A DNA stretch of 62,448 bases, counting the filler, from Choristocarpus tenellus KU-1152 (Eukaryota > Protista > Phaeophyceae), in assembly GCA_964200185.2 (NCBI GenBank). It is 10 parts of 10 records of this genome, joined end to end, with 100 filler letters (N's around TTAATTAATTAA, not from the genome) between each part and the next. Parts side by side here need not be neighbours in the genome. Positions count along the whole stretch, not along the records: positions 1 to 10,939 come from CAXNAD020002615.1; positions 11,040 to 15,908 come from CAXNAD020012722.1; 8 more parts are not named here. One strand, given 5' to 3'. Made by a program: the position numbers and the translations under genes. Positions 1 through 11,675 of the stretch are shown one piece after another (position 1 is the first letter of the stretch; every line of letters begins with the position of its first letter). The notes under the pieces were generated by a model. The model did no database searches. It was not told where the DNA came from and was given only the letters and a program-made list of their open reading frames with translations.

Positions 1-1536
1 AAAGGGGGCCTAAAAAAGTGCTGCAACATTTACAAAAAAAAACATTTGGACACTTTCCGCGCACCATTTTCGGTCAAACTCATCCTCCATAGTATGCTGC
101 ATCCTCAATTTTGGAGAGAGGCTGTTATATATATATGCTGCACTGTGAACAGACGTAAACAAATCAACAGGTTCTTCGAGCTGAAGGGGAGCGGGAAGAC
201 CCACAGGAAGCAAGGAAAAGGAGAGAGACAAGACAAGAGGGAGAGCAATCCCTCAGAAGATTACTCAGGAGGAAAGAGCAAACAGATGGAAAAGTGAATG
301 AGGAGGGTGTTCAATGTCCCCTCAAACCACTCACTGTTTGCTTCAAGCAGATGTTACCTTCAACGTGCAGAAAAAATGTCATATGAACATCAGATTCTAC
401 AAGATAGGTTACCTTTAAGGTGTACCTTCTTTGGAAGATGACTCTCAAATCACCCCCCCCATATATGGTTTGATGCATGTATCAATAAAACACAGGGGTT
501 AATGGGAAATGGAGGAAGTGTGTGCCCAGAAAAATTGACATGAGCATTGAATGGAAAAAGAATAGTCTCTCAACAAGGAAAAACGGTCTTGCAAGAGAGT
601 CGTGTACACAAATATATCTCCATATTTGCAAAAATGCAGAGCAAAAAGAGTTTTTGTGAAACCTCACAACCTAGGCCTTGTAGCGAAGATTGATTTGGTT
701 GTCACCAAATCAGTGTCGCTTCACCTTGATTAGGGTAGATTAAAAAAACATATCTGGGCACATGGAAAGATCACGATTTCGAAGTATCAGATATGACCAC
801 GTCTGGTCAAGTCTTCAATGTGAAAGGGGGCATGGGCAAGGACTAGCTAGTCTTAGCATGAAATTCTCTTAACTCCATCAAGGAGATACAGATGCAAAAG
901 CATGGACCATCATCTCCAATGAGGAGAGGGAAAAAACATGGGAGATTCCCTTAGGGAGCGCAGAAATCGTGATCAAATTACACCTGTTTAGCTGCAGCAC
1001 CAAGCATTATATGCTTGCGTATATAAAATTCAACAGCATATCACATGGATGTTCTAATCATCAGTAGTAAATAAACTCGAAAAAAAAAAATTAAACCGAT
1101 GACAAACACAAGTATGGAGTTGACCATATGCCATCACTGAAATCACTATTGAACAAAACAGTTGTACTCCTGAAAAAACAAATAAATAAAATAAAATATA
1201 ATAAAATAAAGCAAGTGTGCAAGAGTCATTTGAAAAAAATGAACCAGACTCTTCTCTGTTCATACATAGGTGCACATGTCAAAAGAATAAAAAATCAACT
1301 CAAAGTATGGAAACTTTTCATGGATCAGAGTTGATAACAACCTAAGGTTTAATGTTGGAATTGAGCGTATCCAGACAATGTTGTTGATGATATGCAGAAA
1401 TCATTTATGCACAGTATGGCAAATCACGTGGACGATAGAATACATCAGAAGCACGATCATAACCTTTAAGGCGCAATCTATATTCTATGTTCATAGGTGA
1501 ACGAGGCCCACAGGCAAAACTTGTGTCCCCACAATG

Positions 1537-1793
1537 GAGTGAAAGTATCTTAGAGGGTACGAGTTTTGCCCTGTTTGTCCATTTGGGGCTTGGCTTCCCA
1601 TGGGTTTTTTATAACATTTTTCGTACTCAAATGTGTTTAGGACCAGGTAAAGTGTTTATGTTATGAAAAGGTGTCTGGAACATGGATATTGACACGTGCG
1701 AACAAATACGATAGTTAAAATTAAATCAAAATCACAACATTGGATTTTGGCCCCCAAATGGACGCGGCTTTACCCTCTAAGATAATTTGGCTC
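1537..1793 (+). mobile_element. MITE family A copy (~255 bp, TIR GAGT(G/C)AAAGTATCTTAGAGGGTA)
   Basis: Starts gagtgaaagtatcttagagggtac and ends taccctctaagataatttggctc; the internal sequence matches seven other copies in the window. No TSD visible. Confidence 0.9.
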
Positions 1794-1805
1794 GAAGGTG
1801 CAGAC

Positions 1806-2330
1806 CTCCTGTGAGACTTAAATGTCTTGTATACCCTGTCGAATTTGGTGTACTCCATGCCTTTCTCGTTGGAGTATATCAGGTGGAAAGCAATACTCGT
1901 CCTGAATAACCTCTCCACAATTACTCTGGACAGCCCTCCTTTCTCCTTAAGACTGACAGGAATGTTGGCTCTCATTCCAGGCAACGTCTAGTCACAACGG
2001 CCTCGTACACAGTGCTTCGCCCGCCCCCAGACCATCTCTATCAGGTTCAATTCGCAATGGTACTTTGGAAGCATCAGTGTCCTCTGAGACGCTCTACCAT
2101 AATCTTAAGACTCGATTCTACCACCTTGGAATCCCGCTGCTCCCCAAGAACATACGCCATGCTCGTGCTTTAATTCCTGTCCTTGCCCCCCCGTCCTTGG
2201 TCATTCCTGGGATAAACAAACTTCTCTCTTGCAAAATCTATATCATCCCCTTATTAACCTGTCCAACATACGCCCCCTTCTCGCCTTGTGGACGAGCGGA
2301 AATCCTCAGCCGATATCCCTTGCCCCTGGC
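1806..2330 (-). mobile_element. Decayed Tc1/mariner-superfamily (DDE) transposase, C-terminal fragment
   Basis: Minus strand reads LMLPKYHCELNLIEMVWGRAKHCVRGRCD*TLPGMRANIP...YKTFKSHRR, matching the LPKFHCELNPIExxWG...KSHRR signature; contains in-frame stops. Confidence 0.8.
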
Positions 2331-2457
2331 CTCCTGGCGGCACCGGACGAACTCAAATCCAAAAGGGATTGACCACACCACAACGTCAATGTCGTCAGGT
2401 GACAACTCGGAGCTCATTGGGCGTCACAGTGTCCTGTGAGGGGCTGAAAGAGTATTA

Positions 2458-2815
2458 AGTCGAGGCCCGCCGATCACGTACTGTTTCGGCGGTTACCAAT
2501 ATTAATTTTTTTTGAAAAGATTGCCCAACGACGATCAGCATATCCAATGAAAGCTCTTGACCCAAGCTATTTATTTCCACAAATAAATTCTTCGAGAAAA
2601 ATCGTTTTGGTCGTGATATTTATTCCGAAACATTTTCTAGGTTGTCCCGAATATACTTGGTTAAAATTTAATATTACCAAAATAATTTTTCGAAGAATTT
2701 CATTGCGAAATTCGATAGCTTAGATCAAGAGTTTACATTTAATATGCTGATCGTTGATTAACTGGTTGGGAAAGCCATAAAAAAAAATCAAGATCGGTCT
2801 GAGCCTCGAGGCGAC
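2458..2815. repeat. Foldback (long imperfect palindrome) element
   Basis: acgatcagcatatccaatgaaagctcttgacccaagctat (~2531-2570) pairs with atagcttagatcaagagtttacatttaatatgctgatcgt (~2715-2754). Inner arms aaattcttcgagaaaaat / tttttcgaagaattt also pair; centre near 2640. Confidence 0.75.
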
Positions 2816-3189
2816 TGCCAACATTGTGCCTGGAAGAAGGCAATATACATTCCTTCACAAAGATAACAAGGATCATCAAATAAAACAAAAACGAATAAGT
2901 CGAAGAAAAAAGAAAAGAACAGAAAAAGAAGGTGGAAGTGAAAAAAGCACAACCATCCAAGAATGCCACAAGGAGATGAGAACAATGAAAAAAAATCGAT
3001 GGATGCAAGAAAATGAACCCCAAAAGAGAGGACAATGAGAAAAAACAGCATCCAATAGACCGTGGCGTTTATGGAGGTGGTGGTGGTGGTGGATTGGGCT
3101 ACCCTGGCATAGTGCCGGTTTAGCATGGTGTTCATCATTAGCCACTCTGTTATGAAACTTATTGTGCCAGCAGCCACTCACTCATCATA

Positions 3190-4220
3190 CCACTTCCATT
3201 ATTTAGAGGTCTTGGTGTTTCAACCTTAGACCGTAATCTCAAACTTCGCAAGGTCGTCTTGGAGGCATGTTCAACAGTTCTTCTCCTGTCCACCTTGCTT
3301 TCGTTTTCCAGCACCTCATAAACACCAACACCTTAGGAAGTCGCTCATCCCCCATGAGTGCAACTGACCCGGTAAATATGAGTCTCTGCTTTCACCCAGT
3401 TGCCTCAATACTCTCACACCCAGTCTTCACAAGAGTATCTTTGTATAACAGGACGTGATCAGTGTGGTTCCGTTTGGGCAATCCAATTCAATCAAGGAAG
3501 AACTGGTGGTGATGGTAACAAAGCTTCAGAAATGGAGTTGGCGGAGTGTCCATGTCATATATCCACGTAACCGCCGAAGAGAACTAACTAGAAGTACCTC
3601 AGCCTTGAGCGTTCAATCTGTCATATACCATTTAGCTGTATTTACCAAACAATTTTTAGATCCTCTGGCTAATCTCGGCAGTGATTGCGGCTTTGTGATT
3701 GATGGTGTCCCAAGGTACACAAACTTATCAATCTGCTTGTAGGTCTGGTCCAGTGCCTGAACCTGCATGGTATCTATAGCCTGGTTAGGAGGCCGAAGAC
3801 CCATAGTCTCCGTCTTGAGTGGTGGTGACACGGTTACATAGAAATATCTGACCACCTCACAATCAATGTCACCATCCGGACCAAATCTCCTTGGGTCTTG
3901 GAGACATTGCCCGCATCATCAGCGTAAAGCATACCCCATAAGAGTCTCTCAAGTGTTGTCCCACTCCCTAGTGTTCCTCCTCCTCTGATCTGATTGTTTG
4001 TGATCTCTCTCTTGATGACAACACGATCCTTGGAATGGCTGGGTCAGAGGTGAACTCTTTAACAAACGTGCTTACCCTACTACAGTAATAATATATTGAA
4101 GAGATAGGATGAAGAGAACACCCTTATTGAAGGCACTGTTCAACCTCGAATCAGTCTGTGCACTCACCATCATTTACGCGACCACATGCCCTCATCCAAT
4201 CATGGGACTGGGGAATGACA
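3190..4220 (-). mobile_element. Decayed RTE-clade non-LTR retrotransposon, reverse transcriptase region
   Basis: Minus strand gives WMRAC...DGECTD, FEVEQxL, LWGMLYADDAGNVS (3901-3945, YADD motif) and QTYKQIDKFVYLG, with frameshifts and stops. Confidence 0.85.
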
Positions 4221-4830
4221 GAAAGGCTCTCTCTATCCAAATTGTATGTACTCCAATGATAGTGACACGTGGTTGAACTTAGGAGTGACAGATAAAAAAA
4301 TACAGGTATAGATATAAAGCCTTCCATTGATTGTGAAAGAGGGTGCAGATATTGAGCTAGGTTGGTCAACAAAATCGAGACGGCTGGAAAGAGGGAACCG
4401 AGCGAATCATCGTCACGCGGTGAACCTCCAAGAGACTGCGCCCAAAATGTCGGGGGCTCATCACACGGGAGTTTCATCCGCTCAATACGGTCTTCCGCAC
4501 CAGGTGGGCCATGTTTTACAATGATTCGATTTTTTGCATTGCCTCATTGGACTACCTTGCTACTCCCTTGAGATGGCTGGTGAGTGGAATGTTTTGTCCG
4601 CGTACCGCAATTCGATTTAATCCCGCAAATATGTTTCCGTTCAATATCACTGGTAATGACAATTTGGTTGCTCAGGGGGTCGAGTTGACTTGTAAATTTG
4701 GTGGAGGACTTTCGTGTCAACAGTTGCCCGTGACTTCGAGCAGCGATTTAGTTCAGAGCTTGAGATGCCGTATGCAAGGCCACTGACGTCCGATACCCTT
4801 AGAAAATGCACCTTATGTTCTACAAACAAT

Positions 4831-7800
4831 ATGTCGCCCAAATGGAAAGACGTAGGAGTACTGTTGAGACTGGATCCTCTTCCTCATCTGACTACCTCCA
4901 ACCCCTCCCTCTACACGATTCCCTCCTTGAAGGGAGAGGACCGAATGAAGTATGATCGACGGCGAAAGGACAAGGATCGGGAGCGTGTGGAGAAGGAACG
5001 TGTCCGGAAAGAGCACGCGCGCAAAGTGAGGAACCTCTCCACTTCTCACCTTCCCTCCCTCAGCTTTTCCATTCCTGGTTTGCCAAAAATAAGTCATGGG
5101 TGTGTGATCTGATGTGGCAGAATCTGGAAATCTAGAGTGATGTTGCGACTCATTAGCACTACATATTTTCGGGTTAGTTGTTTGGTGTAACCTTGGAGGT
5201 GTATTTTCTTGCCGTAATAGGAAGGTAGGTGGGATTGGTGTTGAGTCCTCGTGCGAATCGAGAGACCAATGGAGGCAAGAGGTTCTGGAATGTCACTGAA
5301 CAAACAGGCAACCATGGTGATGGGTTGAAGTTCAGAACAGTCTTGAGATAAGCCTGTTGAACTCTCTTTAGCACATGCATTCTGTGCACAAGACTGTTTT
5401 GTTTGAGACATGAACGCGTTACCTCACGTACTACCGTGTATGGCAGTTGTCATCCGTGGAAAAATATCCATTATCAGGATTATACCTGAACCATACCACA
5501 TGAAAAACAAAAACACTATTTGCTTTCACAGTTGATGAATAAACAGTCACTTAAGGAACAAAATTCATCCTGTGGTCGATAAGAATGACAAGACAAAGGT
5601 GCCGAATGTTGAACACTTGTTTGAAAGTACATTTGAATTGACAAACAGCTACAGCAGTATCCGGATTGAAGTTGAGGGCGGGGGGAGGGGGGGGGAGGGG
5701 TGATAACTGAATCTGTGCTGAATTTTTGGACCGAAGCATTCAGTGTTAAGGATATGCACAAGATCACACGAATCCATCATCCACAAAGGCTTCAGCCACT
5801 GTGCAAATGTTTTATGTTGAACCATACTCAAAGCTAATCTAAAATCATACTAGTACTTCCCAAAGTAACGAGTGAAAGTATCTTAGGGTTAGGGTACGGG
5901 TTTTGCCCTGTTTGTCCGTTTGTGTCTTGACTTCCCACGGGTTTTTATGACATTTTACCTACCCCGGAACGTTTCAGAGCAGGTAAAGTGTATACGTTAT
6001 GAAAAGGTGTATCTGGAACAAGGATATTGACATTTCCTAACAAACACGATAGCCAAAATTACATCAAAATGGCAACATTGGATTTTGGCCCCCAAATGGA
6101 CGCGGCTCTACCCTCTAAGATACTTTGACTCAACTGTTTCTGTGTCTGTCCATCTCATTAAACGCGCCCATCACATTGTCTGCGCTAGCAGGACTGCATT
6201 GCCTTTGTTTTTAATGCTGTTAATGAAGCAACTCTGGAGCTCACATCATCCTTGCATGGTGCTTTGTATATCTGATCTTCTGGAATCATTAACCCAATAA
6301 ACTATATATGTATCTATATTTGTTAGTTTATCCTTGGTGTGTTAATTATACCGCATGCTTTGTTCCAAGAGGCCAGCTACACAAACCAGAAATCTACAGG
6401 GTCTGTCAAAGTTTAGCCGCTTTTTTTAGCATACCTCTACAGTGTCACCTGTTTCTCTCCTCTCCTCTCTCCTGCACATTGCTGCTTCAACACGATGTCT
6501 CTTACCGCCGCTAGAAGAAACAATATTCCTCTGCAGCAGAGGTGTTGCATGACAAATGCATGGATATTCAACTCCCCTCTAGTAACCTCACCCTTGTAAG
6601 ACACTCCTAAATGTAGTCTGCACTTGTGTAGGAATAAGAATAAGTTGGTTGTTACTACATAAGGCCGATACCCAACCCGACTATTGCCCTCCTTCCTTTG
6701 TCCCCACCCAGGTCCTGGAGGAACAAAAGATCAATAAGGCCCGCCGTAAGTGGCAAAAACAGACAGAATTCCTTTGCACAATCAAGTTTCGCAATCAACT
6801 ACCTGATCCCCCCCTGGGACCCCATTTTCTTAACATCCCCATGGACCTGGATAAGTATGTGCACTATTCCCCCACCACTCTGGAGCGGAACTACAAGTGG
6901 CAGGTGAGACTCTGTGGCACTGCGAGGGGGGTACTACTGGTGTAGACTGTTTTTTGTGGGCGGATTTGTTTGGGGTGGGGTGGGGTGGGGGAGGTACTGT
7001 TGTTAATCGTAGGCTTTGGTAGTGTGTGTGCTTGGATGGTTTTCATGTTGGAAATGGAGGTATCAACTTGTTAGGTTAAGGGCTGTAGGTGCTGAGGTAT
7101 CAGACTTTTTGTTTGGAGAATCGGGTTTGTATCTTTTTGTTTCTCGTGTTGTGATCTGCAGGAAGTATGTTATGTATTTGTTGTGCTTGTTGAGGTCTTG
7201 TGAGAGGAGCTCTTGCCGTGCTATTTCCTTCTCTCACCTCCACATGGATTTTTTTGAGTGAGCATTGAGTGGTTTCTCATCTCAAGCTCAAGAGGCATGT
7301 GAATAAAGGGAGGGAAGAAGAGAGGGAGTACTCTAATTGAGAAGTCCAGGAAGATTGTTTTTGGTAAGGGAGTGAGAAAATGTAAAAGATTAGTTCCGGA
7401 TTGCTTTTTCAATATATTTGAACTAGGTGTGTTTTAAGTACTCAACTAGATGGCACCTTCAGTCCAATTGTTGCAGTATTGTTGACGCTACCATGACTAT
7501 AGTGTGAATAGAATTGAACACTGTAAAGGTGAATGCCTTGGCATTGACTGGTGTGAGTGGAGGAAGTTGAGACAGGATGACAATGAGCCTGGTGATAGTG
7601 ATACTTAGGTCTTGAAGGATTGTGGTGGGTGTTGTGGTTGACTTTTATAAAGGGCATCTTTCATATGGTTTGACTGCATGAAATCCCTTAGTCATTGGTG
7701 CAAACTTCGAATGGCATTTGAAATTTGAAGCGATATGTCTGCTCACAAGATGACACGCTATGCATTATACACCCAAATGCGATGTGCTGCTACTAGCCCT

Positions 7801-10052
7801 GATAGCACCCAACCCTATGTGAGCATTATAGTGTTCCCTTCCCAGCAGACAAGCTAACCCTTCCCCCTTCCTCTCCTTGGGTGTTCTGTTGCCATTGCAG
7901 CTACATTGTGAGAGAGACCTTGGTGTTGATATCAACCTCATTGATACAAAGAAGTATCTCTTGCCAACAAACCCACTCCCCCTGGATCCCTCGGATGAAG
8001 CGTTGATCAATTGGAAGGAGGGGAAAGGCACTCACGCATGTGAGCGTTGCATAACAATTGTGTAAGGGTTGTGTAAGAATTGCGTAAGGGTTGTGTAAGA
8101 ATTGTGTGAGGATTCAAGAAGAGTGGAGGGTGGGACGATTTTTTTTTTTTAATGTTTGTTGGCGATGATTTTTTTTAGCGTTTTTGAGTTAGGGTTAGGG
8201 TTAGAGTTACTTTCATCTGTTTCGTTTTTTTAATTTGAAAGTATTAAGTGGTTTCGTGACACCAGCAACTATTTTATCATTTTTTCTGAACAAAATATCT
8301 CAAGTCAATCCACAAAGTATATGCCCCTGTGATGTCTAGAGTTGAAGTCAATCCTCGTACCACGTATCTATCTCATTTCCGGCCTATTTACGGTTGAAGT
8401 TGAGTTACAACATCTGCACCAGGGTTGGGGTTGGGGTTGGGGTTGGGTTTATCTTCTGTCCAAATCTGATTTATCTGTTCAAGGATTGAGCTGTCTATTG
8501 GCTCCTTGGGGTATCGTTTACTCTTACAAAAAGAAAATACTAAGTTTTTACAAACATTGGTCTGGCCGTACAGTAGCAGTTAGTTACCTGTGCTTTAGGA
8601 AAGTAATTGACAAATTCAGCACCCTTCCTTTGAGAACAATAACCCTTCCCATGGTGTACCAAATACAACGCCTGTCTAGCAATCTGATTCAAAAGGGATT
8701 CAAAAGTGGCTCAAAAGTGATTCAAATGTAATACGAAACTGTCCAAAACAGCGCATGAAGAGGAGGATCTTTCCACCTCTGCAAGGCGAAAGCAAGTGGA
8801 CACTTCAGTGACCTGGTTGAAGAAGACCATGTACCTGACAAATGATCCGTTTGATCCTGTTCACAAGTTCAAGACAGAGCGGCAAACACAGGTTTGTTGA
8901 AATTCAACACTCTAGACTAGACTAGACTAGACTAGGCTAGACTAGACGTGCTCATACATACGTACACACACCTTGCAGTGGTTTGGGCTTGTCTGGGTTG
9001 GGGGAGAGCGATCATGTAACAATTGTGACATGACGTGGTGGATGGATGGGTGGGAATGGCAAAAGAATAAAAGAAGTTGGGGTTGTATTAGTTAAGTTCT
9101 AGAAGAATAATCCTCTTTGAGAAGTGAGGAATGTTTTCAAAGTGTATGGGAAGATGAGTCATGAGATATCCTTCAAGCTGTGGGGTATTCCTGGTTGATT
9201 AGAACTGTTTGTTACAATTCTCCCACTGCCTTCCATGCCGCCCCTTACCATTTTGATAGCATTATCAGTGATCATTAACAGCGACATTTTAGCATTAATA
9301 GTAGTAATAATAGTAATAATACAAGCAAGAACATTAGTAGTAGTAATAATAGCAATAATACAAGCAAGAACATTAATAGTAGTAATAGCAGTAATAATAC
9401 AAGCAAGAACATTAATAGCAGTAATAGTAGTAATAATAAAAGCAAAAACATCAACGTTGCCATTGTTAATAATAATAAACACACTGTGCAGGAAGAGCAA
9501 GTGGAGAATCTGAAGACAGAGATGAGACAAGTTAGGAGTGTTGATCGAAAGACTCTTGTGGAGGAGTCATTCATGCATGCCAACAGTGGGAAGAAGGTGT
9601 GACCAACCCAGAGGAGTGAGAGAAGGAGGTTGGGGGGGTGGGGGGTGGGGAGTGGGGAAGGAATCAAGGAACTGTAAGGAGAGCTCTTGTTGAGATTTAT
9701 TTGTTTACTTTTTTTAATGTTTAGTTCAAACCAGTGATACAGAAAAAAAACCCATTGTATCACTTAATCAGGATATTGCTGAAATGCTTTAGGAATGCAT
9801 CCTAGAAGAAACTCTTGAGTTGTGTCCTGTATTTCATTCCCAAACTTGAGTATATCATTGTGTGATTGAATGTATCATTCCTACAACCCCTTCCCACATA
9901 CCTGTTTGTAGCTGGAGCATGCAACCAAGAAGGGCTTGACTGCAGAGTGGGTCATGCCGGTCATGCCCGATGTAACTCTGTGGCCAAATACCTACACACT
10001 GGTGACATTCGACAAGGACCCAACCACCGAAGAAGGAGTCAAGGGATCACTG
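4831..10052 (+). CDS. PAF1: RNA polymerase II-associated factor 1 (Paf1), 5' part; gene runs off the contig end
   Basis: Phase-consistent GT-AG exons 4831-4851, 4933-5025, 6712-6903, 7901-8039, 8752-8891, 9492-9596, 9912-10052. Product includes FLCTIKFRNQLPDPP, YSPTTLERNYKW, ERDLGVDINLID, LDPSDEAL, VTWLKKTMYL, VEESF, HATKKGLTAEWVMPVMPD and VTFDKDP, which are Paf1-family motifs. The first two exons are less certain. Confidence 0.9.
5870..6131 (+). mobile_element. MITE family A copy in a PAF1 intron, 3-bp TSD AAC
   Basis: aac|gagtgaaagtatct...agatactttgactc|aac; the left TIR carries an extra TTAGGG unit. Confidence 0.9.
8912..8947. repeat. (CTAGA)n microsatellite in a PAF1 intron
   Basis: ctagactagactagactagactaggctagactagac seen directly. 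Confidence 0.9.
9290..9445. repeat. 39-bp tandem repeat (~4 copies) in a PAF1 intron
   Basis: Unit resembles gtagtaataatagcaataatacaagcaagaacattaata; it produces the spurious IIQARTL and poly-Leu ORFs. Confidence 0.85.
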
Positions 10053-10071
10053 GTGTGTTTGTGTTTGTGTT

Positions 10072-10111
<40 letters not shown>

Positions 10112-10939
10112 ACTTTTGTTTCTGCAATAGATATATTGAATGTTGACTGTTGAATGTTGAATGTTGAGGAATTTGACAAATCAAATCAAATCAAAAGAGA
10201 AAGCCAATGGCGCTTTGGTTGATGATATTTGTGTTTGGATTGTGTTATTGAAGTTGATTAGAGTTGTTACCTCCATCTGGTACATGTTACATGTGGTTAT
10301 GGTGCTGGTCCTGTTGGGTTAGGGTTAGGGTTAGGGTAGCTCGAGAGAGGTATTTCACTCTATAGACAACAGAGCTCTTCCCCTGTTAGCATCTCTTCGA
10401 ACACCTCGTGGGGTGGGAAAAATGTCTCATTGGGCAGCATTTTATTTTGTTTTGCAGCTTAGGTTTAGGATAGGATAGAATAGAATAGAAAAGGTATAGT
10501 AGACTTAGTCAGATTTGATTGAGATTTTATGGTAACCTCATTGTAGATTTTTTGCAATTACCCTGCAAGAAGCAGTGAGAATCCAATACCATCCTATGTA
10601 TTCGTATTTGTATTCATGACCTCCTCGGCAAGGTCAGGTTGGTTGATGCTTAACAGAGAAGTAGCTTTTGAAGTTTTTGATACTCATGTGTTATGCTCCA
10701 TAGTTGTGTTTTGCAGCCCCAGCGTTGTGTTAGGTACGTAAATGATGTGACAAATAGTGTGATAAATTGTGTGTGTGTATGTGTGTGTGTGTGTGTCTTA
10801 TTGAGTCACTTCTTGTACGTCAAGTGTATTGTGTTCAATACAATAAATGCCGCATTCCCCTGCCCCCCCCCCCCGCCCCCCCCGCCCCCCGTGGTTTTTG
10901 TTTTTTTGTTGGAAAGGAAGGGGGAAAGGGGTAGGAAGG

Positions 10940-11039
10940 NNNNNNNNNNNNNNNNNNNNNNNNNNNNNNNNNNNNNNNNNNNNTTAATTAATTAANNNNN
11001 NNNNNNNNNNNNNNNNNNNNNNNNNNNNNNNNNNNNNNN
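10940..11039. other. Artificial contig linker N44-TTAATTAATTAA-N44 (first of nine)
   Basis: Identical 100-bp spacers with stops in all six frames at 10940, 15909, 25234, 31823, 36708, 45761, 49219, 55538 and 58371. Confidence 0.98.
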
Positions 11040-11493
11040 TGTAAAGGCACTCTTCCTAATTTTGGTCCAAATGGACACCCTGGTGTAGCCCCCCCCCCCT
11101 CCCCCCCCCCAGATGCTTTGGGTCAGCAGCAGGGTCTGAAGTGCTAAGAACCATTGGGAAAAGAGTGGTATTGTGTTGAATACATGCCTTTCCTGTGTCC
11201 AGTTTTATTGAGCCATGCATGAACACAATATTCAGGCCAGTCACCCACATACATTCAAGAGCCTTGGAGCTTTATCATACTACTAGTAAGTTTTTATTAT
11301 CCTGACAACCGCAGTCATGTAGTTGACCAGGATTGTTATCGACTATCGGAGGACACACTGAACACTAGGGGAATATGGATTGACTTCCTTATCAAAATAA
11401 TGTAGATTAGGGAAGGAGAAATATGCCTCTGCCACCGGATAGGGGAGATAATAGAGTGGAGGCGAAGGATTTGTTGTGTCCTTTTGGGCAGAA

Positions 11494-11675
11494 GGCTCAA
11501 AGTATTTTGGAGGGGGTAGCGGCTGTCCATTTGGGGTCAATTTTTTCATATCGCGATTTTTGTGTGATTTGGTTGCCATACGTCGGATGGATAATGCAAA
11601 TGCACTTTTTCCCGATTTTGGTCCAAATGGACACCCTCATGTAGACCCCCCCCACCCCCCCAGATACTTTGGGTC
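11494..11675 (+). mobile_element. MITE family B copy (~180 bp, TIR G(G/A)CTCAAAGTATCT followed by a G-tract)
   Basis: ggctcaaagtattttggagggggtagcggctgtccatttgggg ... ccccccagatactttgggtc. Related copies or ends at 11040-11124, 15735-15908, 45557-45720, 49319-49366 and 55445-55537. Confidence 0.85.

Noticed and set aside
9159-9763. Hydrophobic repeat ORFs as membrane proteins
   Set aside because: They come from a 39-bp intronic minisatellite overlapping a real PAF1 exon.
10984-10995. TTAATTAATTAA as a biological motif, and ORFs ending in XXX-LIN
   Set aside because: Synthetic concatenation linker.
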